A stretch of DNA of 63,396 nt, counting the filler, from Atractiella rhizophila (lineage: Eukaryota), in the NCBI GenBank assembly GCA_021432655.1. It is 6 parts of 6 records of this genome, joined end to end, with 100 filler letters (N's around TTAATTAATTAA, not from the genome) between each part and the next. Parts side by side here need not be neighbours in the genome. Positions count along the whole stretch, not along the records: positions 10,139 to 19,499 come from MU271543.1; positions 19,600 to 30,355 come from MU271547.1; 4 more parts are not named here. The stretch is one strand, 5' to 3'. Below are positions 11,293-25,034 of the stretch, piece after piece. The position numbers and the translations under genes are program-made. A model generated the notes under the pieces. It saw only the letters and a program-made list of their open reading frames with translations. It did no database searches and had not been told where the DNA came from. Position 1 is the first letter of the stretch; each line of letters opens with the position of its first letter.

Positions 11293-13678
11293 GATGAGCT
11301 AGCGACTGACTGTAAACGGAAGAGTCGAAGTGGTTCAAAGCGAATGAAAAGGTCTCCAAAGTGGAGATAGAAAGAGTGCGGTATATGTAAGAGAGATGGG
11401 CTTGGACGAGCTTGACTCGGGGAAGGAGAGACGTTCGTGGACGGGACCACGATCCGCTCGAAGACCTTATATATCACCGAATAATTTACTCGTCCCTTGA
11501 TGGTCCTCGGTGCAATAGCTGACGCAGAAGATAGGAAAGTTAAAGCTAAACGGCATTGAGCCACTTGCTGACTAGGAAGGTACGTTCAAAAGCTACAGAG
11601 TGCACAGCAACAAACAATTCGATATCCTGATTTGCGTGATTTTCTGTATGTTGATAAAGATATTGGAGGAAGGTGTAGAACCGCTCTCAAGCGTCTTGCG
11701 TTTGACATTTCTACCTCGCCCTTCGATTATCGTCGCGTGGTCAACCCCGCCAGCACGAGAATGGAAACCTTCAGGCAAACTCGACGGACGGCACTACGCG
11801 GTAAAATAGTGAAGGTGGGACGAAGAAGAAACTACCCTCACAAGTTCTAAGTAGTGAACTCCAACGTGCGGAGGTGTAAAATTGTATCGGGAAGTGACCA
11901 CGAGGCTCTAGAACTTTGTCTGGGCCGACCCATTTGCTCGAACCCGCTTCGTCCTTGCTATTATAGTAGCCAGCCGCTGGTGCTTGTTCGGCCTATGTCC
12001 CAGCTCTATCATGAGCACCCGGAGAAGAGGGTATTACCATGGATTTCGTGGATATGCATCGCGCATGCACCAATGATGGAGGAAAGGAAAACATTGTGAA
12101 GAATGCAAGACAAGTCGCAGCGGAGAAGTAGATTCCTTCTCGCCGCATTAATGTTCCACGGAGCAAGGCAAAGAAATACATCAACGTGACTCCCGAAGGT
12201 GAAGGAGAAATAAGGTTTTCGTTGATGCGTAAAACCGGCGTGCAGGATGGTACCGATACAATGAAGAGAATGAAGGAGATCAGATATTGTGTTGCAGTCC
12301 GGCACGAAATCAGCACATTCCTAAGCAGATAATAGCGAGATAAGGACCCACGTCGTAGCCAATGTCTTCCTTGACCAGTGCCCAACTGTGAGCGGTAGCA
12401 GCCAAAGCTCAGTCCATGCTCAGAAGCCTACTCGCCCCAATATACGAACCCCTTGACCTATAGCGACTGCATCGAGTTGATGCTGGGTTTGACCTAGCGC
12501 CAGGAAATGGTTTGTGGGATCGCAACGCGTGGTGTGTTTGTAACAGGTGCGAGGTGAGCCTTCTAGTCTTTCATGCAGCATGGTGTGGTTACGGCTTGTG
12601 ACGAACGTTCGTTTGTCTACCCCATCTATTGGTGGCCGATATCTTCGGCGAGCTTATTTGTTTCAGCATATTGATAAAGGACATGGGTTGAAGGGAATGT
12701 GAAAGCTCAGGAACATGATATTGCACTATCTCATCAACTCCCGCCTCAGAGAACCACAGTCGATCTCCACACAATGGCCCCGAATGAACTCTGAAAACGT
12801 GCCTAACACGGCGTGAACTGGAAGTGATAAGTGCTGCCATAAGTGCCGCTATTGCATGTAACTTGCAAGGTACAGCTCAGTGCTAAAGACAGCGCTAGAG
12901 GACAACGAATGAACGCCAGAGATAGCGCGGGGGCCACAAGCATGAATCAAAGGATGGGGGCACGAATTAGTGGTTGTTACATTTCGAAGAGTTCGAAGAG
13001 AAGTCGAGTTTAAATCTGGCGGATCAGTGCTAAGTCAGGAGCTAAGTACGCCAAATTGCCAAGACTGTGCCGAAAGAAGGTGTTGTTGGTGAACTGCAAC
13101 GAAAGGATGTGGACAATTCAACAATGACATTGCTATAAAACAAAGAAGTCTCCTCATTGTAATTGGTGTTCGTTGATGACATCTTGTTGTTAATCCTGCC
13201 ACTTCAAAGCCGAAGTTGCATGTATTTCATTTACAGCACAAAGAACTTTCTCTTGGTGAGCGAGGAATACGAACGCTGGCGGCGTTGACGAGCGGTCTAT
13301 AAATCTTTCAACTTTATTTTGGTTTATTTTCCACTCTAACAGCATATGAACATATCATTTCGAGCCCCTGCGTTCAGCAGCAGATGCCCTGGCGGAAGTC
13401 ACCACCTTGGTTGATGACTGGTTTCTCCAACCGATGGTGGTCTTTCGTATGTAAGCTAGGTGCTACAATGCAGTACCTCGTCGAAAACTTGTCCAGGTCA
13501 GAGCTAATCACATCTGAAGTTCATTTGTTCGGAGTCAGAAGCCCAAGGAGAACTAGATTAACGGTATTACGAGGGGACCTCAATTCGCAGAATCGTCATC
13601 ACCTGATCCATTACTGCTTCGTCCTCCTCAATTAGGATTACGTGAAAGGTCCTTGCTGTTAAGCACCTTAGAGAGTCT

Positions 13679-14197
13679 TGGTGGGGCCATGAGAGCACTT
13701 GCGCCTCCTCCTTCCATCATGTTTGGTGTGTATTAAGGCTTCCTTTCACTCTTTGCTTGCGCTTTCTTATTACTCAGCTTTCTTTGCTATAAGAAGAATT
13801 GCCCTGCAAGTGCGAGACCCACTACTTATTTCGATCTTGCACCTTGCAGGTAATGTATTTCACTTATCACATATATATATGTTAGATGTTGAAGATCGGC
13901 AAGAGGTGCCTCAATCCTGTTTTACTCAGCATGCTCGGTTTGTCACTGTTATCTGGAAGCACATGGCACTTCACCGCTAGGCTGGACGTATTTAAAAGAT
14001 CTTTCGTTTCCATTTCCCTTTCTTTTCCCAACCACTCTACTATTCCTTTGCTCATCTCATTGGTATCGTGGTTGGGAAACAGGGAAACAGAAACGACTCG
14101 TCAAGGCCAAATTCTCACTATATATAATATTAACACTGCTTATTTCGGTCTCGCACCTTGCGGTCCCATACGTCGCCATGCACTCTTAATCTCATCA
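13679..14197 (+). mobile_element. Solo LTR (TG...CA) with perfect 5-bp TSD AGTCT, interrupted by a nested insertion
   Basis: agtct|TGGTGGGG...CTCTTAATCTCATCA|agtct. Homologous along its length to 45992-46286 on the minus strand. Confidence 0.8.
13880..14117 (+). mobile_element. Nested solo LTR of a different family inserted in a (TA)n run
   Basis: Starts TGTTAG and ends CTCA, flanked by atata/ctata. It has a TATTTAAAA box followed by a CT-rich tract, and this segment is absent from the related LTR at 45992-46286. Confidence 0.6.
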
Positions 14198-15178
14198 AGT
14201 CTTCCATCCGAATTTTGCAAATGATCTTCACTAAGCTATACAAGAGTGGAGGAGGATCCATTTGAGCTGTTGTGTTTATCCAGGGCGTTGTCTCAGTGTT
14301 ACACATTCTTGCTATTAGGTGTACAACGTAGAGCATCGCAGGTCCGAAGAGCGTTATATCACGCTCCGTTAACTCTGTCTTTTGACAGAGAAGTACCGTA
14401 TACCTCTTCTCTTCAGCCAGTGGAGATGAATGTCGAGGTGAAGAAAGAAAGCTGTATTTGTGTCATTGCAGGTGACTTGGGGTTTTGTTCACAGTACTGC
14501 ACTCACGTATGAAACAGCGAGATTCTGGTTCATGGTGAGGAACGTGAAGAACATTGAGAAGACTCATATGGAAGCAATACTTGGTTACTCAAAGTGACCA
14601 AAGTGACCGTGATGACTCCAACTCCACCTTGAAGGTAAGCGAGCATCTTACAACTCTTCTATGTCACTGCTACCAAACTCACACGGGAGACATTTATCTG
14701 GTCCACCACTCGAAATTCTTTGGTTGCTGCTTCCAATTGCCAATGCCCATAGGCAGCAGCATTCTTAGCTTAATGCAATTTTAATATGAAACAGTTTGGA
14801 CTCAATTTATAAGTTCCTGCATGCCCATACAGCGATCGGAGTTGGTCGGCGATAAACTCGTTGACCAGTTTTTGACCTGCTTTTTGGCTGCAAATTGAGG
14901 CGCAAAACCATTTTTCGCTTGCGGCCTCCTTTGCTGCCTGCTTTTGGCGAGCTGCTTGGCCGTTGGTGTGCCACTGGAGTTAGGCATACTGACAAGCCAC
15001 TAACTGCATTTTTGTTCCTTACGTGACCATCTCTTGTAATCAATCTATTCTCTACAGATGACGCTATAGGCGCTACAATGAAACAATAAGAGCGTGAAGG
15101 CAGCAACAGTTTGTGGGGATTGATTTCTGCAGCATTTAGAATGCATGCTTCCTCCTCCATACGAAGGCGTGAAGTGGA

Positions 15179-18100
15179 CTACTGACCATCGATTGAATGC
15201 TTCCATCTATCCTCCGGCCCCCCTAAGTGTGCCTCGTTCTCGAGGTCGGGAGGTCTAGGCAAATTAACATTGCGGGAAGAAGTTGAAAGAAATGCGTCGC
15301 CTTCTCCTTGATCCTCGTTAAGCGAATTAGAGACAGAGGAGACGAAAAAACGCTCCATTCCCTTTTCAGTTTTCCTGTGTGACGTGGGAACTGACAAGGT
15401 GAGAAGGGTCTTTCCCCCCGATTCCAGCCATCGTCTTGTTGTCATTCGGGGACGCGATTGAAAAGTATCAGACGCGGTGTAATAAGTATCGTCAATCAAT
15501 TTTCTGCCTGTCTTTCGAGGGGAAGCGGAGGTCTGTGATGGTCCGGTTCGTTTCTCGGAAACGGGGGAATAGGCATGGTCTTCGCTATCCTGTTTTACGA
15601 CACGAAAGTACGAGTCGCCAACCACTGTTCTCCCGATCGAAGTCTGATTGAGCAGAAAACGAACTGATTCAAAAGTTTATACCTGAACGCTCAAGAGAAA
15701 GAAAGACAAACGATAATCAAATGTCACTTTGCCGGTCAAGAGAAGGACTGCAGTGTACACTAGAACCGGAACCCAAATCGAAAGGATTATTAGTGCTGGT
15801 ATGGCAAAGATAATGTCGTAAGTGATTGCAGCGTCGCTAGGACGAACATTCAACGTGTTTGCATACGCAGTCCCAACCAAGTTGTTGGCTATCCTATCTG
15901 TAAACATAAGGTTTGCTACCTTTGCCTAGGATAGACTCAACGACGTGAGAATCGTGACGAGAGAAAGACCAACAGGCGCTGTATCTGGATTATCCTGGTA
16001 GTAGCTCCGCCATTTCGCCAAAAGTGCAAAGCTGGATGATCCATCTAGCTGAAAGCTGTCTCCAGAGTAAAAACCGAGCGAGGAATGATCATCTTTGGTG
16101 AGACTATGAACGGCCGACCAAGCAGCGTCCAGCATAGAACTTCCTGCGGTTCCAAGTTCGACACATCAGACTGGCAAATGGCTACGGAATGCACAAAGTG
16201 AGACCAACCCTGTAACCGGTCTGATGAACCTCTAGGGACATAGAATCGATCTGACCGTAAGGTATGAAGATCAGGATCATCCTGCCTAGTGCCAAGGTTA
16301 ATGCCGTCCTTTTCCACTTGCCTTACAAAGCATTCAGAGCCTACCATTCATCGTTGACTTTACCGTAGACAGGCTCGATATCAAAGGACGACCATGAATC
16401 GAGCTTTTCCATTCCCCAGAGCACATTTCGTTGAATGTTCTCGGGGTCTCGTTTGATGTTCAGATCTGAAAGTCTTTGTATGGTCCCGTTATATCCGAAT
16501 TTGAGAGTCTGTATTGCCAGCCTGGTCGCTGAAGCACAAACATGCAATGGTTGATACCACGTCACGTTTGCACCTTGGCGTCTTGAATCTCTATGATCCA
16601 GCCGATTTGGTATCCCTGTGACAAAAGAACAATACACTTTTGAAACATCTGACAATCAGAGGAACGTCAATAGATATGAAATGAAAGGACGAACCTGCAA
16701 TCCTCCTCAGATCTGGTGAACCAAAGTTCAAGTCTCCACCTCTTTGACAGAGGTCAGCAACATGTAGGGGAGCTAGGTAAGCGTCGGAGGTCGAGGGAAC
16801 ATCCATAAACGTGCCGAACTCAACAAAAGACAAGGAGCCTAACCCCGAAGTACGATTCGTAGGCACTCTATATCCTTCGAACGTTTCGTTTCGAGATATG
16901 TTTCGAGAATCCATCATGATCAAGTTCAAACGGGTGGCAGCTGCAAATGCATGTTCCCACAGGTTTCCTTTCTGTCCTTCCCCGTAGTCCGCAAAGTCCG
17001 GGGCTGCGTTCGTCCTGCCTCGTCATTAGTTTGATTAGACAGAAGAAGAAAAAAAGAGGGATACAGATTGTAAAACCCTCCATGATCTACGATATCCAAA
17101 GTGGTAAGCCACGTATAGTACTTACCAGCGGTCGTGTATTCGAAGGTAAGATTCGTATTGACGCATACGGTGACCTCCAATTCCCTCATTTCAACAGAAG
17201 CTCATACAAAACAAAAGGGGCGTACCGGCTCAATCCAAAGAACATCTTGCTTCCAACTCGCTCCGTCGTTATCTATTGTTGGGAAGGTATGGTTCAATAA
17301 ACCGATTCCAGGATGTTCCCCCACATCAACAACGGTCCCTTAACCATCACCAATGAGTCTAAAAGAAAAAGACTATCTAGAACCTCGCCTTCAATCCCAA
17401 AAATATCTTCTCTGAGGGTGAATGTGTCCATCTGTGCCATATAGCCTACAGAAAATATTGCATCACCGTATTGTTCTTTGTAAACCCCGTTATAAAAGCT
17501 ATTGAGGCGTCAGACAGGAAACAGAAATCAAGGTATAAAAATTTACTTGCGGAACTGCATAGTCAACGTAGAGTACTCTGATGAGAACTTGCTCGTGATA
17601 TTCGACGGGATGATGCCACTGTGGATATCTTGTCCAGGACAGGATTGATAATCTGCAGGTGAATATCCAAAGCCTCCGCAATACCGTCCACTACGGTAGG
17701 CATCTCTCGGACTCATTGATTTTCCTACGTTGCTGTCATCCATCACGTATCTTGTGCGGACCGTCTGATGAGGGCGTTCTTTCCTGCCTGTATCGAGGCC
17801 GAGCGGAGTAATGACACCTGTTTGACAGCTTTAACAATACAAAACATGGATTATGCAAAGAAACAGACCGGCAACTGCCGTGAGAATCCATGTTACAATC
17901 ACCAAACCATTGAAAAGTAATACGCGGCGATCCAAACCCTTTCGTGAGGCAGAATCAGTGGACAGAATGGTTGGCCAGAGAGAGGAGTGAAGAGTTTTCG
18001 CCAGATTCGACCAGGTGACGGCAGAGTTGGTTGTTTTGATGAAGGAAATGAGACAGAGGACGAGGCCTATGCTCCATACAGGAGTGAGATTTTTGAGGAG

Positions 18101-18205
18101 GGAAAGGACTAAAGACAGCCCGGCCGTACCCAAACCCAGCATGAACTGGACAATGAACATGCCCAAGTTGATCAAAGTGGCCACCTGTGCCACTGATAAC
18201 AACAT
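15179..18205 (-). CDS. Uncharacterised fungal membrane glycoprotein (NSAVTW...VITPLGL type), multi-exon
   Basis: N-terminal TM helices (TTNSAVTWS, LHSSLWPTIL, AGVITPLGL), a Cys- and N-glycosylation-site-rich luminal region, a C-terminal TM (IIFAIPALIILSIWVPVLV) and GT-AG introns. Confidence 0.8.
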
Positions 18206-18923
18206 ATTTTCTTATTTGGCTCAAGTATGGTGCTACGAAGCTGAGTGATGAAATATTCAACTTCACACAAAAAATGTCAGTGGAATTGGGCAGCACTCGA
18301 ACTTGGGCAGGACAGGTGTTAAGAGGCGCCTTCTGCAACACAGTGCAACAAGACTTGGCGCTAAACTCCTGCGCCGGTACGTGAATACCTGAATTCGAAT
18401 ATCAAGCCGCTAAACATGCACTTGTAAAACCTACATTGACAGCGGTTTGTTTGTTTCGTTGTGGGTCATAGCCTTTGTCAGTGAGGGCTCTGTGGATGGA
18501 AGGATCAGGAAATTGAGATAAATTAAAGTTGATTCATACGGGCGGGAGCCAGTGGGTTATGTCAGCATGGTCGTCGCCGTCATCGTGGTTGCCCGTCATG
18601 GTTATGTAGTGGTGGAGATATATCATCGGATACTTTCGCCCATGGCCTTGGGGACTTCGAAGGTAAGCGAGTGTCCAGTTCTATGCACAAACTGTAAGTG
18701 TTAACTGCTAGAACGATGAATGTCACGTCACTCACTAGACTTGAACTTAGTAACGGACGCAGATGTATGTCGTGAAATTTGAAAGTGGATTTCCTTCCCT
18801 CTTTATTACGAAGAGTCGCCCTGTCCTGCCCAAGCTCTCAAGATCTCAAGTTGCACGCCGCAATGGATTTATAGTGGAATCTTTCCTCACGATTCTTCAT
18901 ACATTTGGGTCAAACACGAAGAT

Positions 18924-19499
18924 ATGTTGTTGTCAGTGGCACAAGTAGCTACTCTGATCAACTTGGGCATTTTTATTGTCCAGTTCACACTGGGTTTAGG
19001 CAAGTGTTTCCTCGAATGTCCTGTCCCCTCTCAAATGTCCCACTCGTGACATATCGAGCATAGGCCTCGTCCTCTGTCTCATTTCCTTCATCAAAACAAC
19101 CAACTCTGCCGTCACCTGGTCGAATCTGGCGAAAACTCTTCACTCCTCTCTCTGGCCAACCATTCTGTCCACGGATTCCGCCTCACGAAAGGGTTTGGAT
19201 CGCCGCGTATCACTTTTCAACGGTTTGGTGATTGTAACATGGATTCTCACGGCAGTTGCCGGTCTGTTTCTTTGCATAATCCATGTTTTGTATTGTTAAA
19301 GCTGTCAAACAGGTGTCATTACTCCGCTCGGCCTCGATACAGGCAGGAAAGAACGCCCTCATCAGACGGTCCGCACAAGATACGTGACGGACGATAGCTA
19401 CGTGGGAAAATCAATGAGTCCAAGAGACGACTACCGCAGTGGACGGTTTTGTGGCTATCCGACAGGAGATCCACTGTTGCCTCCTGTTAATCTAGCATG
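18924..19499 (+). CDS. Inverted paralog of the 15179-18205 gene, truncated by gap
   Basis: Same start MLLSVAQVATLINLG and same intron positions. Intron 1 has a GC donor at 19000. Confidence 0.85.
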
Positions 19500-21825
19500 N
19501 NNNNNNNNNNNNNNNNNNNNNNNNNNNNNNNNNNNNNNNNNNNTTAATTAATTAANNNNNNNNNNNNNNNNNNNNNNNNNNNNNNNNNNNNNNNNNNNNT
19601 TAGCCTTCGCACTTTGCAACAGTCGGGCGAATGAAGCGACTATCTCTGGATTGTCTCGCCCCGCACCTGCTTTACGTGATTGTGCTAATTTTTTTTTTGG
19701 CTTCACTGGACTTTCAAGGAGTTCAAGGAGACAATTGTTGGACTTTCAAGGAGTCCTTTGATGCCTGCTTTGCGTGATCACGCCATTTTCTCGGCTTCTT
19801 ACGGACAGGCAGCCTAAATGACCTATCAACCCGACGTAATGTTGGCACCCCAACACTCGTGCATGTGCTGTAGAGGTCATGGACCTGCTCCCCTGTGGAA
19901 GCGTAAGCGTCAATACCCACTAACTCAGAATGAGGGAAGTTAGGTTTCGGTTTTTCGGCCACTTGCACCTTAGACTTTCGCAAGTCGGACGTCCATTTCC
20001 CTTTTCGTGCATCTCAATGCCCTGCCTTGAAGGCGAACATTCAGAGTGGCTCTGACGGAACAGTAGTTTCCCTTTGCATTTCTGGAATGATCGAAGAGAT
20101 AGAGTGCGTGTTCCATGAAGAACATTCACTGCGTGGGTGCAAATAGCACACTGATTTTCGGCCAGAGGAAGTTAATAAGCATTCCGCGCAAGACGTGAGC
20201 TTGCGCTTTGCCAGGAAAAATTGGAGTAAACTCCCGGCAAACTTGGGTCAACAGCTGAAGGATTAAGGGCTCCATGAACCACGCCGCGACACAAAACAAC
20301 GAGAAATGATAGAGAATGGAATGGCGAACCTGAGATGGCGCCATTGCACACTCTGCCCGGGTTCATTTGCGCATCCTGGGAGCCTCTGTCCACGTCCGTC
20401 TCAAAGAAAACCTACGGTGGTTCCTGCACCATAAACCCTACACCCCATACTGCTGCATCTTTCACATCCGTTCAGCATTCTCCCTTCAGCATCAACGCGT
20501 TCGTGACCGTGACTACTCGTGATTCTTGATTTGCTGTTGGGAAACAATCCAAGTAGAAGCTGGAGGGAACCCTAACCCTAATGTCGAGGTCTCGATCAAC
20601 CCAAGGTCACTTTGCACAATAGAGGATAATTCGATTAATTTCGATAATGGATGTTCAAAATATGTTATGGAAATAGGAGGTAGCTCATTTAAACGGTATG
20701 TATGACCCTTGGGGCTTGGTTGGGATGTGCTGGTTGGAATCCTAAAGCTTATGTCCACATTGTTTTCGTGGTGGCTTTGTTTTGCGACCCACAAACGGCA
20801 GCGCGTCGACTGGGAGGAAATCGCTGTCAAAGTTGAGTTGTGGGGCGTATTCTAGGTTATTCAAACGATCAGGAAGGATGAACGAACTGATGATTCTGAG
20901 GGAACAACATCAGCAGAATTCAGATGCACTAGATGATGAAATCAGATTTTATTGAGCTTGATACGAGTGTCCTACACACAAAACACGTTCTGAAAGTAGT
21001 GATTTGGTACAATTCTTCTCAATTCTTGTCTGCCACCTTCTGTCCCTCCTCCCTTGGCCGTACCAATAAGATGCGTTTTATCACTGCCTCACTGAAGACA
21101 GGTGCTCGTGTCTGCTATGAGACTCGGCTACCTCCAGTGTTCCTTCGTATTTCAAGGATACCATGAAGTAATTCTATGACATATCCTCTCTGTTTTATTT
21201 TCCGCGATAACCCCCATATTCACTGAATGAAAAGTATTTTGCTGGTTCTTACCAAATAAGATACCCAGATAAATGTGCTTTGACTTCCTTCTGAAAGGGA
21301 TGCAAATAGGTTTGATTCGAGTGAAAGCTTACTCTCAATGGATGCTAGAAATGTTGTATCGTAGTGGAAAGTAGTCTATCATTGAGTCGGATTCGCGTTC
21401 CTTAAGACCTTCAAGTAGTAGCTCCTATCATTGTTGCAGGAGCTTTGGAAAACTTAGCATACGTATACCTTGAATCTCTTAATCTCTTGACTGGCTGAAG
21501 ATCTGACGATCAACTTCGGTTGAAAAGACCGAGACGGACATAACAAGCACCGAGTCGGGTATTGTGTGCATGTGAACTCAATGCAGAGAGAAAGGCGAGG
21601 CGATCTAGCTCCTTCCATGATGGACCATAATGCTCTAGACCAACTCTTTCACGTTGATCCCATCCCGGAGTGGGAGGCACGCATCAGGAGCAGAGGTTTT
21701 CCTTCTGTCCATCGAATCCGCGACCCACTGCAAATTGTGTGCATAAAGCCGTCCCTCGTCTCGTCGACGAGCTGTCCTTTATCTGTTTCGTGCAGTATTC
21801 AGTGACACCTTCGTTCTACTCCCAA

Positions 21826-24623
21826 ATGATCTCTCCACGTTCATTACCACTTCTCTCCCTCCTAATCTCCCTCTCTTACGCCTTCCAGATTCGAGAAGCT
21901 GAAGACAGCCAATGTGGATATGGAGACACCTGCTGGCCGTCAGAGGCTGAATGGCAATCTCTCAACAACACCATCAACGGTCGCCTAGCGCTCGTCACTC
22001 CTGCGGGAGACGTTTGTCATCTCTCTGGAGGGCACACTGACCCCCTTGCCTGCACAGCGAGAGCGCTCGCCTGGTCTACTGGCTCTGAAATTTCCAAGTA
22101 CCCGGGAGCCTACGTTAACCATGCTTTTGGAGATGGATATGGGAATGATTCTTGCTACATTGATACCAATCTCCTCACTCCTTGTGGACAGGGCGCGTAT
22201 GTCTTCCTTCTCAAGGATTGAATATGCGCCCTGTTGAGCGAGAATTATTACGGCATAGGTTCCTCCTGTCATGTCTCTCGTTGAAACTGCAGAGGACGTG
22301 AGGCAGTCCATCCTCTTTGCTGCGAAGCACAACCTGCGAACGAGAGTCAAGAGCACTGGCCATTCTTTCACTGGAGGTAGGTTTAGATTGGGCTGTCGGT
22401 TAAAGAGCACTTGGTTGATAAAAAGCAGGTGCTTCCGCAAAGGGTGCTTTCGGTACGCTTCACATTCGAGCTCGCTAGGAAACATTTGGACGTTTTGCTG
22501 TAGGAATCAACGTCCACAAAATGCAGGACATCTCCTTTACCAACAACTTCCAGCTCACTGGGACTTCCATCAAGAAGGGTGGGTCTCATACCTTCCTCTA
22601 AGTTGTTTAATGTTGTTTCAGGTCCTGCTGTAACTGTTGGCGCCGGCGTCCAGTTTATCGGTGCGTATCCACTTTGATCGTTGCAACTATCCCATTGACC
22701 ACTACCGAAAGATCTATACGCGGCAGCCAACGAGCAGAATGTAGTGGTTATTGGCGGAGGATGTGACAGCGTCAGCGTCTCGGGATGGGCTTTAGTACGT
22801 TACATTAGCCTAGAAAGTATCGAATATGCTTATCATATTCTGGCTCAGGGTGGTGGTCACTCGTCAGTTCTGCTGTCCAAGCATTGGTCCCTCTTGACAA
22901 TATTTTAGTCGCTACTCTGTCCATTATGGCTTGGGGGTTGACAACCTCCTCGAGTTTGAGATCGTAACACCTACCGGACAGCTTATGACTGTCAACGAAA
23001 AGCAGAACACTGGTCCGCCTTTCTTTTCTTTCCTTTCGTATACCACTCAATGGCCGTCGGCAGATCTGTGGTGGGCTGTTCGTAAGTGAATCAATTTCTT
23101 GATGGCACAAAGGCTTAGTCTTGCTTCGAGGTGGTGGCGGAGCTGGGCTTGGTGTATGTCCTCCTTCATTCCTCGCATGTTTCAGCTGACGTAGTGTTAC
23201 AGGTCATGTTTGTCTTCTTAAGGATAACCCTAACCACATCAGCTTATCGTGTTCTAGTACCTCCTGGACTTTCAAGACATATCCAGCTGTTCAGAATGAG
23301 CTTGTTTCCAACTTCGTCGTGGAAGGCTTGGGTGAAACCGCGTACAAAGGCGCAATTGCCGCACTCATGCTCTCTCAACCCGTGCGTATATCTCAAATTT
23401 TCCTGCTGTTATTCAGCTCTTTGATGGCACAGGAAATGAGAGCAAATGGTTGGAGTGACGTTGTATGTCGGTGATGCAGGAGGAAATGCAGTTGACTGGT
23501 GGTCATAGGCTATTGGAGTCAGTTTGACTGGAACCATCATCGGAACTGCTTTCAAACCCAATTGTGCGCCGTAACTCTGTTCTGTATTCCTTTTTCTGAA
23601 GCAAGGTACAGCTTCTGACCCAATTGCTGACGACGCTGCTGCCTACAAACCACTGAGGGACTTCGCCGCGAAATCTGGCATCGTCTTCGCAACTGTCTGG
23701 AAAACATACGAATCTCAATACCGTGCCAGTACCCTCGAGTTTTTCGCTAACGAGCACACCTTCCCTGTTGATGTGAGCCTCACTGACCCACATTATCCTT
23801 CATACGCTAATGATTCTGAGCAGACCGCCACTTACAATTCAAGGTTCGTCACTGGCAACTGAGTGTTACCGCCTTCATGCTCATTTCGTATCCAGACTTC
23901 TCCATGCTGATCTCTATAAGAACGAGTCGTTGGTTGCTGAAGTTGCAGACTTCATCGGTGACTTGTCTTTATGGAACTTTTTGAACGGTGCGACGATTTT
24001 CGATCTGTATTAAGGATACCTGAAGAGCTTTCGATAGTGCCTGGTGGATATACGGCGACCATCAAGCCTGGAGATATGGCTTTGAACCCCGTACGATTTC
24101 GTGGTCGATGGAAAGTATTGCACGTCTGACTCATATTGCTGTAGGCATGGCGAGAAGCCCTTGGTCACCTTATTTGGTAGGCTTTCCTCCATCGTCGACT
24201 GAATAAGAATGCTGATCCTTTTCAGGACATCGACATGGAGCAAGGCAGCATCAAAAGATGAACAGACTGAAGTCAGAGGACAAGGAATCGAGCTGCTTGA
24301 CAAACTGACAGATATCATTGGAACGCATGATGCGTACATCAACGAAAGCTCACCGGACGACTCTGAATGGCCACTCAACTATTGGGGTAACGCAGCTAAC
24401 TATGCGAAGCTTCTCAAGATCAAGGCATGCACTACTTTTTGCTTTCTGGCAGTCGGCTGATAATGGTACAGAAACGGTATGATCCGAACCATCTCCTCAC
24501 TTGCACCGGTATGCGCATTCGTTTACCCCTTTACCACACGATTCTGATCTCATGTTAGCTTGCGTTGGATCCGAGTATCTCGCAGGAATACCCTTCAGCG
24601 AAAGTTCACACAAGAAGCTTTGA
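21826..24623 (+). CDS. Secreted FAD-linked oxidoreductase (berberine-bridge-enzyme-like, VAO/PCMH superfamily), very intron-rich
   Basis: Signal peptide, CGYGDTCWPS..W..LNNTINGRL, KSTGHSF (covalent FAD His), GLGVDNLLEFEIVT, and C-terminal AYINES...YWG..NY.KL..IK|KRYDP. Confidence 0.92.
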
Positions 24624-25034
24624 AGACAGTTCAATCTTTGCAAGTTACCTCATTTACATTGTGGATAGACGGAAATATACACACATTTGTAATCAAGTTA
24701 GGTGCAATGCCGCCGTAAATTTCAGTTTCGTGATTTTCTGTCAAAGCTTCGTCCTGGGATTGTGCAAATTGAACGAGATTTTCATTGTGCAACAATCTGC
24801 CATTCTCTCCGTGACAAATACGGCGCCATGCTGGGCTGAAAACTTTGTCAAGACATGGCATGTATGCTTGTGCGAACAGAAAAGAAACAGAATAACTCTT
24901 GTCTTCGAATACTGACAATCTCTTCAATCCGAACAGAACTTGACATTGACAGTGCATTTCCGCCCGACTGTAAATGAAATGGGACCAATGACTGGACACT
25001 ACATTGTCAACGACCAACTCACGCTTAACGAAAT

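Noticed and set aside
23285..23295. Second telomere-like run TAACCCTAACC
   Set aside because: Inside a coding exon of the oxidase; explained by codons.
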